From Gordius albopunctatus (lineage: Eukaryota): DNA of 64,000 nucleotides. The notes beneath the pieces are model-generated. The model searched no databases. It was given only the letters and a program-made list of their open reading frames with translations, and was not told where the DNA came from. The stretch's first letter is position 1, and every line of letters starts with the position of its first letter. Where the stretch lies: assembly GCA_964276515.1 (NCBI GenBank), contig OZ193910.1, positions 5,828,001 to 5,892,000 on the forward strand. The letters run 5' to 3'. A program made the translations under genes and the position numbers. Shown piece by piece: positions 12,223-25,204 of this stretch.

Positions 12223-14440
12223 TTTAAAGGTGTTTAACACCATGATTCTTTTTGCTGAATTGAACAAATAATTTTTATTTTTATTTAAAATTTTAAGCGA
12301 TAGTTTGGGTGAAATTAAATCGGGAAAGCATGTTCATTTAAATTCATATTTTTTAATTAAAAAATGCTATAATCATGGATTGCAAATAACCCGTTTTGAT
12401 CTTACCCCGACCTATGGGTGCCCTACTATTTGGCTATGTGGACCAGAGGTGTAGCTTAATATTTCGCAAGAAGGGAGTTTTAATATAAAACAGGTAACAC
12501 TTTAAAGTTTGCATCTAATGGATGTAAGCTTGAGTAGAATAAGCTAATGTTATGGCAACCAGGTTTAAACTAAGGATTTCATTCACCTATTCACCATAAT
12601 GAGCGATGAGCATAGGTGCTATATGGGGATGGGCAATTCTGTTTTAAACGATTTATTTTTAAATTAGAAAGGAAATAAATAAAATAAAAAGATTTAAATT
12701 TTTATACAGATTTTGTTGCATACTCTGTTTCCATTTTTCATAATATATGGTTTTTCACGCATGTTTTTTATCAAAAATTTTAATTAAAATCAACACATTA
12801 AAAAATACAAAATTAAAAAGTGCTTGATTTAAATAGATACTTTATATTTAAAAGAGTCTTCGAATGCTAAAAAAAATTAATAAACACTTAGAGAAATAAA
12901 TAGAATTCAAAATTTGTGAAAAGTTAAAATTAACTATAATATCTAAAAATGGATCAAAAAATTATTTAAAAAAAGATAAACTTTTTGAGCAAGCCTAAAG
13001 ATGAATGTCGCGGAAGAATTCCTCTGCAAATTTCCGAAAAAACTACAATAAGAAATTATAATCGTTTACTGAAGTTTTCAACAAGGAGTTGAATAGAGGT
13101 GTAGATTTTAAATGCTTTTAAAAATGTGTATATTAGAATAACTATTACCGAGGTAGACCATAATTCATAGAAAATTTAAAATTTATTATATTTGTTAGCT
13201 TTTGTTTTGAAAAAGATTTTAATATAAAATTTATGCACTAAAATCGTTGATAAAAATTAAATGATCAAATTGCATTTGTCTACAAATAAAGTGAAACAGT
13301 ATTTTATTTTATTTTTTAGATTTCTTTGCAGTGAGCAGTAAAATATAATTTTCGTTTTTATGCAAGTTATTTAAAAAATAAGGGTTAAAGATGAAAAAAG
13401 TGCAACCATTTTTAACGATTGGGAAAATATAGCGATAAAATTTAACTATATAATGTCTAAGTATAAAACCACTTTAGCTAAAACTAAGTTCCATAATTAA
13501 TTTTTTATTTAGTTTGAATATTTATTTACTCCTATGATTTTATAATGCAAAATCACGCAAAAGGTCTACCCTCCTTATCTACGCCATTAGCCAATTCAAA
13601 AATTTGACATAAAGGAACAAAAAACATGGAAAAATTCTATCAAAACCTATTATCACTCGGTTTATTTCACAAGATCATAATTTGTTGACTGTTAATAGCT
13701 TTTAATTTAATTTAATTAAAAATTCTCCCATTTTAAAATAGATTCGTTCATATTTACAAATGAATAACATTTGTAAAACATTATTAATGCTGATTGTACT
13801 TGTAAAAAATGTAATGTAACCCGGTACTATTCTCTAAACAATTCCATTCCATTATATTTGAAAAATTTCTCTCCTTACCATTTTAAATTTCCACAAAATT
13901 TATAAAAACTGCTGCGGAATTATAGAATATTATAATAGTTTGAGAAACGACTTATAAAATTATGGAAGAAGCAAATATGTAACCATCTTTAAATAGGAAG
14001 GCCGATTGTTTTATCTTTTCCCATTTGAGAGTGCATACTTTAAACATCCTCGTTTTAAGCCATTATTAAAATAACACTGTTGTATGTTTTTATATTTACT
14101 AGATAAAATGTCTTCTAGTCTTAATTCGACTTGATTTTTATTAAAGTATACTAAAATTATGTAATAATTTTACCTTAAAGTTGATACAATTACTACAAAT
14201 AATTTACAGATTGTATACAGACTAAAAATGCGCAAATGCTTTATGCCTATATACAAATAATCAAAGGATAGAGTATTAGAAGAATCAAAAAATGGTCGGA
14301 GTATCAGCAAGCTAGTTAAATGGTTGTGCAATTTTAATATAGCTTTAGTTCAATCTTTGAATCTTGGGCCTTAATTAGCATGACGATATGGACTATTAAT
14401 GCCATCAGCTGTTAGTGTTAATTTAAGAATCAAAAATAAC

Positions 14441-14592
14441 GGTGCCCTATCAACTCGCCGAAAACCATCTCGCCGAATTTAATGTCCCCGGTTAAAAAGT
14501 TCCCCTAATTTTAAATCGTCCCCCATTCAACCAATCACAAAATGTCCCAAGTGAATTCGGCGAGATTGTTTTCGGCAAGTTGACGGGCCACC
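14441..14592. mobile_element. Short palindromic MITE ~50 bp upstream of the DESI2 ATG
   Basis: ggtgccc-tatcaactcgccgaaaaccatctcgccgaatt pairs with aattcggcgagattgttttcggcaagttga-cgggccacc. Confidence 0.7.
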
Positions 14593-14643
14593 AACACGCC
14601 TTGGCGTGATTTAGTTTTGATAAGGGCTAATCTTTATTTTAAT

Positions 14644-17600
14644 ATGCTTTCGTGGCTTACATTCAAAAAAATTCCTTGTTTAGCACCAAAAAAAGAGCTA
14701 CCTTTTGGTTTTCCCGTTTACCTGAATGTTTATGATATGGTAATTTTTAAAGTTTGTTAAATTTATAAATTTAGTATTGGACAAATGACTACACTTTTAA
14801 CATTGGAATTGGTGTTTATCATACTGGCGTGGAAGTACACGATTGTGGTAAGCTGACTAATAACAAATTTATATTTTCAAGAATTCGCCTATGGAGGTCA
14901 CCCCTTTCCTTTCACTGGTATATTTCCAATACACCCCAAAGATGCCCAGGAGTTAGGACAACACTTTAAATTTAAGTAATTTTCTTTTTTTGGAAAGTTG
15001 GAACTTTTAATAGGTGTAGATAATAGAATTTTTTATCATGAAATGTTTTATCTTATTATAAAACAATAATTGTGATATATTATGGTTATATTGTTTTGTT
15101 TTTGCTCTTACTTTATTTAAAGTACATGTTCACAACTGTTTTTATTTGAATTTATACCATTCTTTTATTTAAAGATATTAATTAATTTTTAACTCTAATT
15201 ACTTTAAATTAAATAGGGAATCAGTATTTATTGGTTATACAGACTTTTCCCCAGAAGACATCAATATGATTATAGAGCATCTTGGAAAAGAATTCACTGG
15301 TGATAAATATCATCTCATAAACAAAAATTGTAATCATTTTTCAAATGATTTTGTTGAAGTAAGTTAATTATGTTTACATTTCTTATTTATTTATATTTCA
15401 AATTAACAAAGCTTGTTGTTGTAAAATGTTATTTTCAAGTTAGAATTATCATACTAATCATATACCATTTTTATGATGAATTTGTATATAGCTATTTAGG
15501 GGCAGAGATAAGATTGGGAGGGGTAATTAGGAATCATACGTGGGCTAGGGGTAAATGCAAAATTGTTCATGGTGGGGGTTTTAATATTATAAATTTTTTT
15601 ATAAACAACTGACAAAAAATCTTGTTATTGCCTTACTTATTCATAGTGAATCAGTTGCATGCAAATTTTGATGTTGAATAATTTGTAAACGTTTCATTGG
15701 CATTTTTTATATGAATGCATTAGCAGTCAGGCTAGTTAAGATATTTGACCCAAATAATAGTTTTACCTGTGATAGTGAAGGGGAAATAGCGTTTTTAAGG
15801 AGCTAAAGCTATAGCACATAGTTACTTTAAGTGCTATAAGCTATAGGAGATGGGAGGTTTGAGGTGCTATGTGCTATAGGAGATGGGAGTTTGAGGTGCT
15901 ATGTGCTATAGGAGATGGGGGGTATGAGGTGCTATGTGCTATAGGAGATGGGAGGTATGAGGTGCTATGTGCTATAGGAGATGGGAGTTTGAGGTGCTAT
16001 GTGCTATAGGAGATGGGAGGTTTGAGGTGCTATGTGCTATAGGAGATGGGAGTATGAGGTGCTATGTGCTATAGGAGATGGGAGGTATGAGGTGCTATGT
16101 GCTATAGGAGATGGGAGTTTGAGGTGCTATGTGCTATAGGAGATGGGAGTTTGAGGTGCTATGTGCTATAGGAGATGGGAGGTTTGAGGTGCTATGTGCT
16201 ATAGGAGATGGGAGGTTTGAGGTGCTATGTGCTATAGGAGATGGGAGTTTGAGGTGCTATGTGCTATAGGAGATGGGAGGTATGAGGTGCTATGTGCTAT
16301 AGGAGATGGGAGTTTGAGGTGCTATGTGCTATAGGAGATGGGAGTTTGAGGTGCTATGTGCTATAGGAGATGGGAGTATGAGGTGCTATGTGCTATAGGA
16401 GATGGGAGTATGAGGTGCTATGTGCTATAGGAGATGGGAGGTATGAGGTGCTATGTGCTATAGGAGATGGGAGTTTGAGGTGCTATGTGCTATAGGAGAT
16501 GGGAGTTTGAGGTGCTATGTGCTATAGGAGATGGGAGGTATGAGGTGCTATGTGCTATAGGAGATGGGAGTTTGAGGTGCTATGTGCTATAGGAGATGGG
16601 AGGTATGAGGTGCTATGTGCTATAGGAGATGGGAGTTTGAGGTGCTATGTGCTATAGGAGATGGGAGTTTGAGGTGCTATGTGCTATAGGAGATGGGAGG
16701 TATGAGGTGCTATGTGCTATAGGAGATGGGAGTTTGAGGTGCTATGTGCTATAGGAGATGGGAGGTATGAGGTGCTATGTGCTATAGGAGATGGGAGTTT
16801 GAGGTGCTATGTGCTATAGGAGATGGGAGGTATGAGGTGCTATGTGCTATAGGAGATGGGAGTATGAGGTGCTATGTGCTATAGGAGATGGGAGTTTGAG
16901 GTGCTATGTGCTATAGGAGATGGGAGTATGAGGTGCTATGTGCTATAGGAGATGGGAGGTATGAGGTGCTATGTGCTATAGGAGATGGGAGTTTGAGGTG
17001 CTATGTGCTATAGGAGATGGGAGTTTGAGGTGCTATGTGCTATAGGAGATGGGAGGTATGAGGTGCTATGTGCTATAGGAGATGGGAGTTTGAGGTGCTA
17101 TGTGCTATAGGAGATGGGAGTTTGAGGTGCTATGTGCTATAGGAGATGGGAGTTTGAGGTGCTATGTGCTATAGGAGATGGGAGGTATGAGGTGCTATGT
17201 GCTATAGGAGATGGGAGTTTGAGGTGCTATGTGCTATAGGAGATGGGAGTATGAGGTGCTATGTGCTATAGGAGATGGGAGGTATGAGGTGCTATGTGCT
17301 ATAGGAGATGGGAGGTATGAGGTGCTATGTGCTATAGGAGATGGGAGTTTGAGGTGCTATGTGCTATAGGAGATGGGAGTATGAGGTGCTATGTGCTATA
17401 GGAGATGGGAGTTTGAGGTGCTATGTGCTATAGGAGATGGGAGGTTTGAGGTGCTATGTGCTATAGGAGATGGGAGTATGAGGTGCTATGTGCTATAGGA
17501 GATGGGAGGTATGAGGTGCTATGTGCTATAGGAGATGGGAGGTATGAGGTGCTATGTGCTATAGGAGATGGGAGGTTTGAGGTGCTATGTGCTATAGGAG

Positions 17601-20600
17601 ATGGGAGTATGAGGTGCTATGTGCTATAGGAGATGGGAGTTTGAGGTGCTATGTGCTATAGGAGATGGGAGGTATGAGGTGCTATGTGCTATAGGAGATG
17701 GGAGTATGAGGTGCTATGTGCTATAGGAGATGGGAGTATGAGGTGCTATGTGCTATAGGAGATGGGAGGTTTGAGGTGCTATGTGCTATAGGAGATGGGA
17801 GTTTGAGGTGCTATGTGCTATAGGAGATGGGAGGTATGAGGTGCTATGTGCTATAGGAGATGGGAGTATGAGGTGCTATGTGCTATAGGAGATGGGAGGT
17901 TTGAGGTGCTATGTGCTATAGGAGATGGGAGTTTGAGGTGCTATGTGCTATAGGAGATGGGAGTTTGAGGTGCTATGTGCTATAGGAGATGGGAGTTTGA
18001 GGTGCTATGTGCTACAGGAGATGGGAGGTATGAGGTGCTATGTGCTATAGGAGATGGGAGTTTGAGGTGCTATGTGCTATAGGAGATGGGAGTTTGAGGT
18101 GCTATGTGCTATAGGAGATGGGAGTTTGAGGTGCTATGTGCTATAGGAGATGGGAGTTTGAGGTGCTATGTGCTATAGGAGATGGGAGGTTTGAGGTGCT
18201 ATGTGCTATAGGAGATGGGAGGTTTGAGGTGCTATGTGCTATAGGTTATGGGAGTTTGAGGTGCTATGTGCTATAGGAGATGGGAGTTTGAGGTGCTATG
18301 TGCTATAGGAGATGGGAGTTTGAGGTGCTATGTGCTATAGGAGATGGGAGTTTGAGGTGCTATGTGCTATAGGAGATGGGAGTTTGAGGTGCTATGTGCT
18401 ATAGGAGATGGGAGTTTGAGGTGCTATGTGCTATAGGAGATGGGAGGTTTGAGGTGCTATGTGCTATAGGAGATGGGAGTTTGAGGTGCTATGTGCTATA
18501 GGAGATGGGAGGTATGAGGTGCTATGTGCTATAGGAGATGGGAGTTTGAGGTGCTATGTGCTATAGGAGATGGGAGGTTTGAGGTGCTATGTGCTATAGG
18601 AGATGGGAGTTTGAGGTGCTATGTGCTATAGGAGATGGGAGGTTTGAGGTGCTATGTGCTATAGGAGATGGGAGTATGAGGTGCTATGTGCTATAGGAGA
18701 TGGGAGGTATGAGGTGCTATGTGCTATAGGAGATGGGAGGTTTGAGGTGCTATGTGCTATAGCCGATTGCACTTAAATGCGCTACTCCTATAGCACCGGC
18801 GCTAACACTGGGAATAATTTTTTTAATTGTTTATTTTGTTTTTATTAAATATTAAAATACATCTGAATATAATTTTTTTGCCCTATCTTACCATCTAACT
18901 ACGACTTATTTTAATATAAATTTAATTAAATGTATGACTTTAATTTTATTTTGCATTGCTTCTACATTTATTTTATCAATAGACGGAAAAAAAATTTTTC
19001 CAATGTAAAAAAACCCTTACAAATTAATAATTTTTTTTTTATTTAGCCCCTCCCTAATTCAACTTTTATTTTAACCGCTTGCCCCCCCCCCCCTTAATTC
19101 AAAACCTAGTTATGCCCTACGCCCATGTTTTTGAGAATAAAAAAATTAAACTCCCCCTTTCCTTAAGTTAATATGTTTCAATTAAAAGGAAAACAATACT
19201 ATTGAGTGAACTTTTATGCGTTTGCGTACTCAGACTTTTGTAATTATTTACTTAGCAGTTAAATAACACCCTTTTTTAATTTTGTTTTTTCGAACAATAT
19301 ATTTTTAATGGAAAATTGTTTATTAGATTACACACAAGTTCATATTATACTCTATTCTTTTCATTGAAATTATTCCCAGTGTTAGCGCCGGTGCTATAGG
19401 ACTAGCGCATTTAAGTGCAATCGGCTATAGCACATAGCACCTCAAACTCCCATCTCCTATAGCACCTCAAACCTCCCATCTCCTATAGCACATAGCACCT
19501 CAAACTCCCATCTCCTATAGCACATAACACCTCAAACTCCCATCTCCTATAGCACATAGCGCCTCAAACCTCCCATCTCCTATAGCTCATAGCACCTCAA
19601 ACCTCCCATCTCCCATAGCTCTAGCACCTCAAACCTCCCATCTCCTATAGCTTATAGCACTTAAAGTGACTATGTGCTAGTAGACATAGCGTATTTAATA
19701 GGCTATTCCCATCAGCGGGGAGGTGCTAAGCGCGCTAGTGCTAAGCGTTTTCCCACCACTAACCTGTGAAGACACTGAGTTTAAAAAAAGCTCTTGCTAA
19801 ATTTTATGAAAATGCTAATTCTGGTCATTGTTTTCCAGACTTTATCCATTCCATTTGATTGCTCTAAACCTCCAAAAACATTTTAAAATATAATGAAATC
19901 TTACTTTTTGATAATTTAACAAAGTTTATCACACAACAACTCTGCAAATTTTTGCTTTCCAACCATCAGGTTTTGAGATTTTACATTTTTGATCATTACA
20001 AACCTAAATACAAACTTAAAATTTTTGTCACCTTAGCTTGGTGACAATTGTCATAATTGTTATTTTTAAAGCTAGATAAATACTTTTAACGAAAATAGGT
20101 GGGTTTGGGTGTCATTCACCTTAGTTTGGTGACAATTGTCATAATTGTTATTTTTTAAGTTTGCAATGATTTTATGACACCCAAACCCACCAATTTTTGT
20201 TAAAACAATTTATCTAGCTTTAAAAATGACAATTGTCACCAAATTAGGTTGACAAATGATTTATTCCTAAAATTCTAATTTACAGCTAGGTATCAATATT
20301 AAAAATCACCCTCAATCATTATTAAATCATATCAGTACAATTAAAAATCTACCCGTAGCTATATTACTTAATTTTAAATTCACTCATTAAATTATATATT
20401 ATTTTTCCCCCAACCCTAAACACCTAGGCCAAACCAAAGGTCGACTAATAATAACAAGTAAAAACCTTTGGTTTATTAACAAAATTATGACTAAGCCTAA
20501 GGGTTGGCTAACCAAAATAGACTAACAACCTTTAGGTCTTTTCTCCAATTATCGGCTAAACCTAAAGGTGGACTAATTGAAAAATATACCAAGACCAAAC

Positions 20601-22426
20601 CTTAGCCCATAACCTGGTCGAAAACCCTTTGGTTTTTTTACAACACTAGTACCTAGGACTAGGGCAGTTAAGTAACCAGTTACATGTAACTACAGTTACC
20701 TCTTTCAGAAAAGTACTACTTTACTTCAGAGGAACTGTAACTGTATTTAGTTACATTAATTCAATAAGAATTTAACAGAATATTAGAAAATTACAAATTT
20801 TTATAATTTATTATTTGTAAATAAAAATTTACTAAATATATACTATAAATTTTTTTTTAATTTTTGCTAAATTTACATTAAAATTCTTATCATTAATCCA
20901 TTTGATAATGATGGATTTTTAAAAATATATAATAATTTTCCTAAATTGAATAATATTTTATTCAATGTACCCCTACCATCAAGCACCCCTGTCGAGCACC
21001 TATTTAGTCATGGTAAACTAATTTTTAGTTAAAAGCGGACAAGCTTATTAGATGACAATATAGAATGTAACGTTTTATTGAAATCGAATCACCAATCTGA
21101 TTTTCATTCTAATATGTGAATAAATTATATAAGAAAAAATTGTTTTTTTAATTTACCCGAGTAATTTTAATGTAACTAGTTCCATCAAGAAAAAATGTAG
21201 CTCTAAACTGTAATTAATTACTTGTTTTTGAAACCAACTCTAATTTAATTATTAGGAAAAGTAACTTTAACAGCTCTCCCTAGGACCAAATTATTTTGCC
21301 AATATTTTTTATAATTTTGATGCAAGGTGCAAAAATTGCTTTTATCTCTTAAATTGAACACTTGTATACACCAAATTTTGATTTAAAAATATTTTGTGAT
21401 TTTTATGGAATTTTAATTTTTTTAGGATATATCACAGCATTATATGTTTTACCTTATCAGGTTTTTATTTGAATATAGTTTCTCATATTTTGTATATACT
21501 TTTATTAGTTATTTAATCGATAATGCCCGTTTTTTTATCTAACCCTGACACATGACCTATTTTTGATTTTTTCCCAAGAAAATATTTTATAAATAATCTA
21601 ACTTTTTTCACGATTTTTAATTTATAAGTATTTTAAAAATAAAATAATATAATAAATTGCGGACACGTTACTTTTAGGATTATTTTGTGTTAGTCCGAGT
21701 CTAATTCATAAACATTAATATTTGTAAGTATTTTTAAATTGTATAATTTGGGGGTATGATTTTTAAGGGCCGAGTTAGACTCTCAAGTAATGCTTTGATA
21801 TATTAATACATTTATGCTTAAACAAAAATAATATAGTTAGGAACATTTTAAAAATAATTTTAGGGAAAATTATTATAAAAATGAAATTTTTATTCAAGAT
21901 ATTGTGTGGGAAATCAATTCCAGGTTGGGTCAACCGTTTAGCCTACCTCAGTTCATGTATTCCCTTCCTCGAAAAATCGTTGCCTCCCGATTGGCTCACT
22001 CCCGTTGCTTTAGAGGAAGCGCTAGTTAGGTCATCTTCCCACGACGTAACTGCGTCCACGTCTAATTTCGCTCTAAATGTGCCGCAAAATTTTGAATTTA
22101 CCAAATTACCTACTGCTCCTAGCTTAAGTGACAATTTACCCATTTCACCTACAGGTACTACACCTATAAACAACCACATCGCTAATAACAATACCAATTG
22201 TCACGTCGATAAGAGTCGTCCTTCAAGGACTTCTACAATTAGCGTTTCACAAGACTCCTTCAGTTCTCAAGGTAAAACCACTTCTAGGCAAGCCTCGCCA
22301 GTTTCCAAAAACTTTTTGACTTCCATACTAAACGTTTTCAAAGAAAGCGAACTTTCAACTTCTCCCTCTCCTTCCGAAAGTGCTATAGAATCTTCAAAAT
22401 CAGGCGAAAATCTGACATCTCGCTAA
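14644..22426 (+). CDS. DESI2: Deubiquitinase/desumoylating isopeptidase 2 (PPPDE peptidase), 5 exons (14644-14739, 14775-14847, 14882-14975, 15217-15358, 21899-22426)
   Basis: Spliced frame: [49 protein letters not shown]....ELG..FKF|KESV.IG.TDF...[28 protein letters not shown]. The catalytic His (YHTG) and Cys (NCNHF) are intact, followed by a Ser-rich C-terminal tail. Confidence 0.95.
15773..19761. mobile_element. Fold-back hAT-type element with long inverted arms, in DESI2 intron 4
   Basis: Perfect 8-bp TSD ACCTGTGA (15765-15772, 19762-19769) and termini TAGTG...CACTA. Inner arm 18761-18820 is the reverse complement of ~19367-19426, and both arms carry the same 32/33-bp repeat in opposite orientation. 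Confidence 0.88.
15841..18760 (+). repeat. Minisatellite, ~90 copies of the 32/33-bp unit GCTATAGGAGATGGGAG(G)T(T/A)TGAGGTGCTATGT
   Basis: The tandem array is directly visible and has no spacers. About 7 inverted copies lie at ~19423-19650. Confidence 0.97.
20660..21278 (+). mobile_element. hAT deletion derivative with transposase dimerization remnant
   Basis: 8-bp TSD CCTAGGAC (20652-20659, 21279-21286), termini TAGGGCAGTTAA / TTAACAGCTCTC and subterminal gtaac/gttac repeats. About 20960-21090 reads [39 protein letters not shown]. Confidence 0.82.
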
Positions 22427-24639
22427 ATTTGTCCTAGAGTTTTTCTGGATCAATGATTTAAGGAGGATGCGGGACTGTTACGGATCTCAATTTTTTGCTT
22501 GCGCGAAGAAACTATAAGCCGTTTTTGTTAAATCTCTATGGACAATCATGCTCCTTCTCAATGAATACTTTATTGTATCTATTTGAACCGGCATTTATTG
22601 TAACTGGCTGAGACGTCTGACGTTATCTTATAATCTATCATGTGTCATTTTTATACCTCCTTACTACGCGCGAATACTCGTTGAATCGAATGTGCGTGAA
22701 TGTAATTTGATATAGATGAGATTTGTGTGTAATGCAATAAATTATTTATTTCTAATCCCTCACAGTTTTATAGCTTAGCCAGAGATAGAACGATTTGGTC
22801 AAAATAAAGAAGTATCCTTTTTATGTCTCTTGTGAATGTTATATAGCCCTACTTCAATATTTCATTTTGTACCTTGATCCACCTTTGTAAAAAAATTATT
22901 TTATCAAATAAAATTTACTTAATAATTTATATGGAATAACAAACCTTCTAATTAACGATTTAGTTCTGGACTAGCTAGGCACTAATGTATATTCTATTAC
23001 TTTTCCCCTAAAATAATAAAGGAACAACTTTACAATTATTTTTATTAAAAACTTTAAACTAAATATAAAATGTGATAATAGATTAATTGTAGTGCACCTC
23101 TATTATAATCCTGCTAAAAACCTAAACCCGCCCCACGCTTTTAAAAATTCCTCCAGATTGAATAATAACTGCACATAATGGAGATAATAACAAAGGTCCA
23201 AAAAAAACCATCCTGCAATCAAACCTATAATTCTGATAGAGAATTTTACGCTGAATAATAATATGTATTTAGTTTATTTCCATAATTTCCAGTTTTTTAG
23301 ATAAACAAAGTTGAAGGTGCAAAAAATGCCCATTTTACCCTTTTATGAGGCTCAGTTGCCATATTTTTGATATATATCATAAAATATTAATTTATTCCTG
23401 TAGATTAAAGTTTCATCTATATGTCCATTATTTTATATCACGCTTATATAGATGAACCTGTCAAACGTTGTTTTGCCATTTACCCGGGTGTATTAGCAGA
23501 ATATATATCATCTTATAGATAAATTTCAATAGATTAAGAATATATCAAATATAATTGATAAGTGTTTATTATGCAAAATTTTTTAAACAAATAGTTAAAG
23601 AGGGTCCAAGGCCCAGGCCCACCCAAGAGAAAACCTGGCCCCATGCCCACCCCCCCCCCCCCACATGGAAAAATCTTTGGCCGTCTGGCCCTTCAAGCAA
23701 CTTTTTAAGAAACAATATCATAATTATAATTATTTGTTTCTGAATAAAACTTTTAATTCTGAACTTAATAATGTCCGAAGAACTGAGATATATCAACATT
23801 TATTGGCACTTTGTTAAAAGTATTTTCATTTTTCTCCTTATTTAACGCGCAAAAAATGACAAAATTAGATTTTTTTAATTTATTTAGCCACGCAGGAGGG
23901 GACACGACCGTCCTATAATAATAATAATTGACGTGAAAAATAAGCAAAAAAATGACTTTCACAACCCACCCCCCACAAGGGAAAAATCTTTGGCCCCCTG
24001 GCCCTTCAAGCAATTTTTTGTAATTAAGAAACATTATCATAATTATAATTATTTGTTTCTGAATAAAACTTTTAATTCTGAACTTAATAATGTCCGAAGA
24101 ACTGAGATCAGAGTTGTTAAGGTGCGCGCACGTCAAGATTTGCGGTGCGACGTGCTGGTGCGCGCACTTTTTTATAACGAAGAGCGAGTGCGGGTGCGCG
24201 CACCTGATTAAGTCGGTACTGGTGCGCAATTGCGCTCCTGTTTTGCGCACATTAAGAGTTTTACAATTTATCCGAAATTGTATTATATCGTATATTTCAC
24301 AAATTAAATTTCTACTGATTTACTATATATAACATACATCTATGTTCCTGGTGGAGAAGATAACAAGGCGGGAAATTGGTTACTATCGATAGACAATAAA
24401 AATAATCTAACCGCGATATTTCACATTATTCACGTATTTAATTTATCAATCAACGATTAATCTTTACACTTTTGAACTCGTCGCTTAATAAATAAATTAT
24501 AGAAAAACACTAAAACGATTGAAGTTGAAGTTTAAAAATATTAGAAGATTAAAAACACAGACAGGTAATTTGATTAAAGAATTACAATAAAATATTCAAA
24601 TAATGATAATATATTTAATTCAGCGTTTTTTGGAATATT

Positions 24640-25204
24640 AGAAATTAGTAAATAAATTACAGGTTAATGATATAATTTAGAAGATAATAACAACCCCTTT
24701 CAGGAGTGCCCGCAATTAAAAAAAGAATACTCTAATTAGCGCCATCTATGGGCAATTTTAATTAGAGACTAATTTGAAGGCGCTAATTAGAGTATTCTTT
24801 TAATTTAATTGCGGGCACTCCTGAAAGGGGTTGTTATTATCTTCTAAATTATATCATTAACCTGCAATTTATTTACTAATTTCTAATATAATATAATAAA
24901 ACAAAATAATTATTACTACCAAAATTATGGGGGTTATTTCATAGCCACCATAAGAATGGATTAAATCTAATTTGTGCCTTATATATACCTATCTCGCTTA
25001 CTGTGTTACTAGAGAATTAACTATGGCATACTGATGAGCTCTAATAAGAGCGAAAACGTTATATGTCTGTTATCATTTTCGAGTCACATACTAAAAAAGA
25101 TAGGGATTAGTCTCTAATTAAAATTGCCTATAGATGGCGCTAAGTAGAGTTTTCTTTTAATTTAATTGCGCCCACTCCTGAAAGGGGTTGTTATTATCTT
25201 CTAA
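24640..25204 (+). mobile_element. Non-autonomous Penelope-pseudo-LTR/retrozyme-like retro-insertion
   Basis: 15-bp TSD GTTTTTTGGAATATT (24625-24639, 25205-25219), 69-bp direct repeats at 24779-24847 and 25136-25204 (357-nt period) and an inverted 5' arm at ~24635-24773. It contains a hammerhead motif. Confidence 0.82.
25025..25067 (+). ncRNA. Minimal type-I hammerhead ribozyme
   Basis: GGCAUA-CUGAUGA-GCUC(UAAUAA)GAGC-GAA-AACGUU-A^UAUGUC. The catalytic core is intact, stem II has 4 bp, stem I is GGCAUA/UAUGUC (extendable by UAAC/GUUA) and stem III is the palindrome AACGUU. Cleavage is predicted after A25061. Confidence 0.88.

Noticed and set aside
15841..18760. CRISPR array (32-33-bp repeats)
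   Set aside because: There are no unique spacers and no cas genes, and the context is a eukaryotic intron. It is a tandem subterminal repeat of a transposon.
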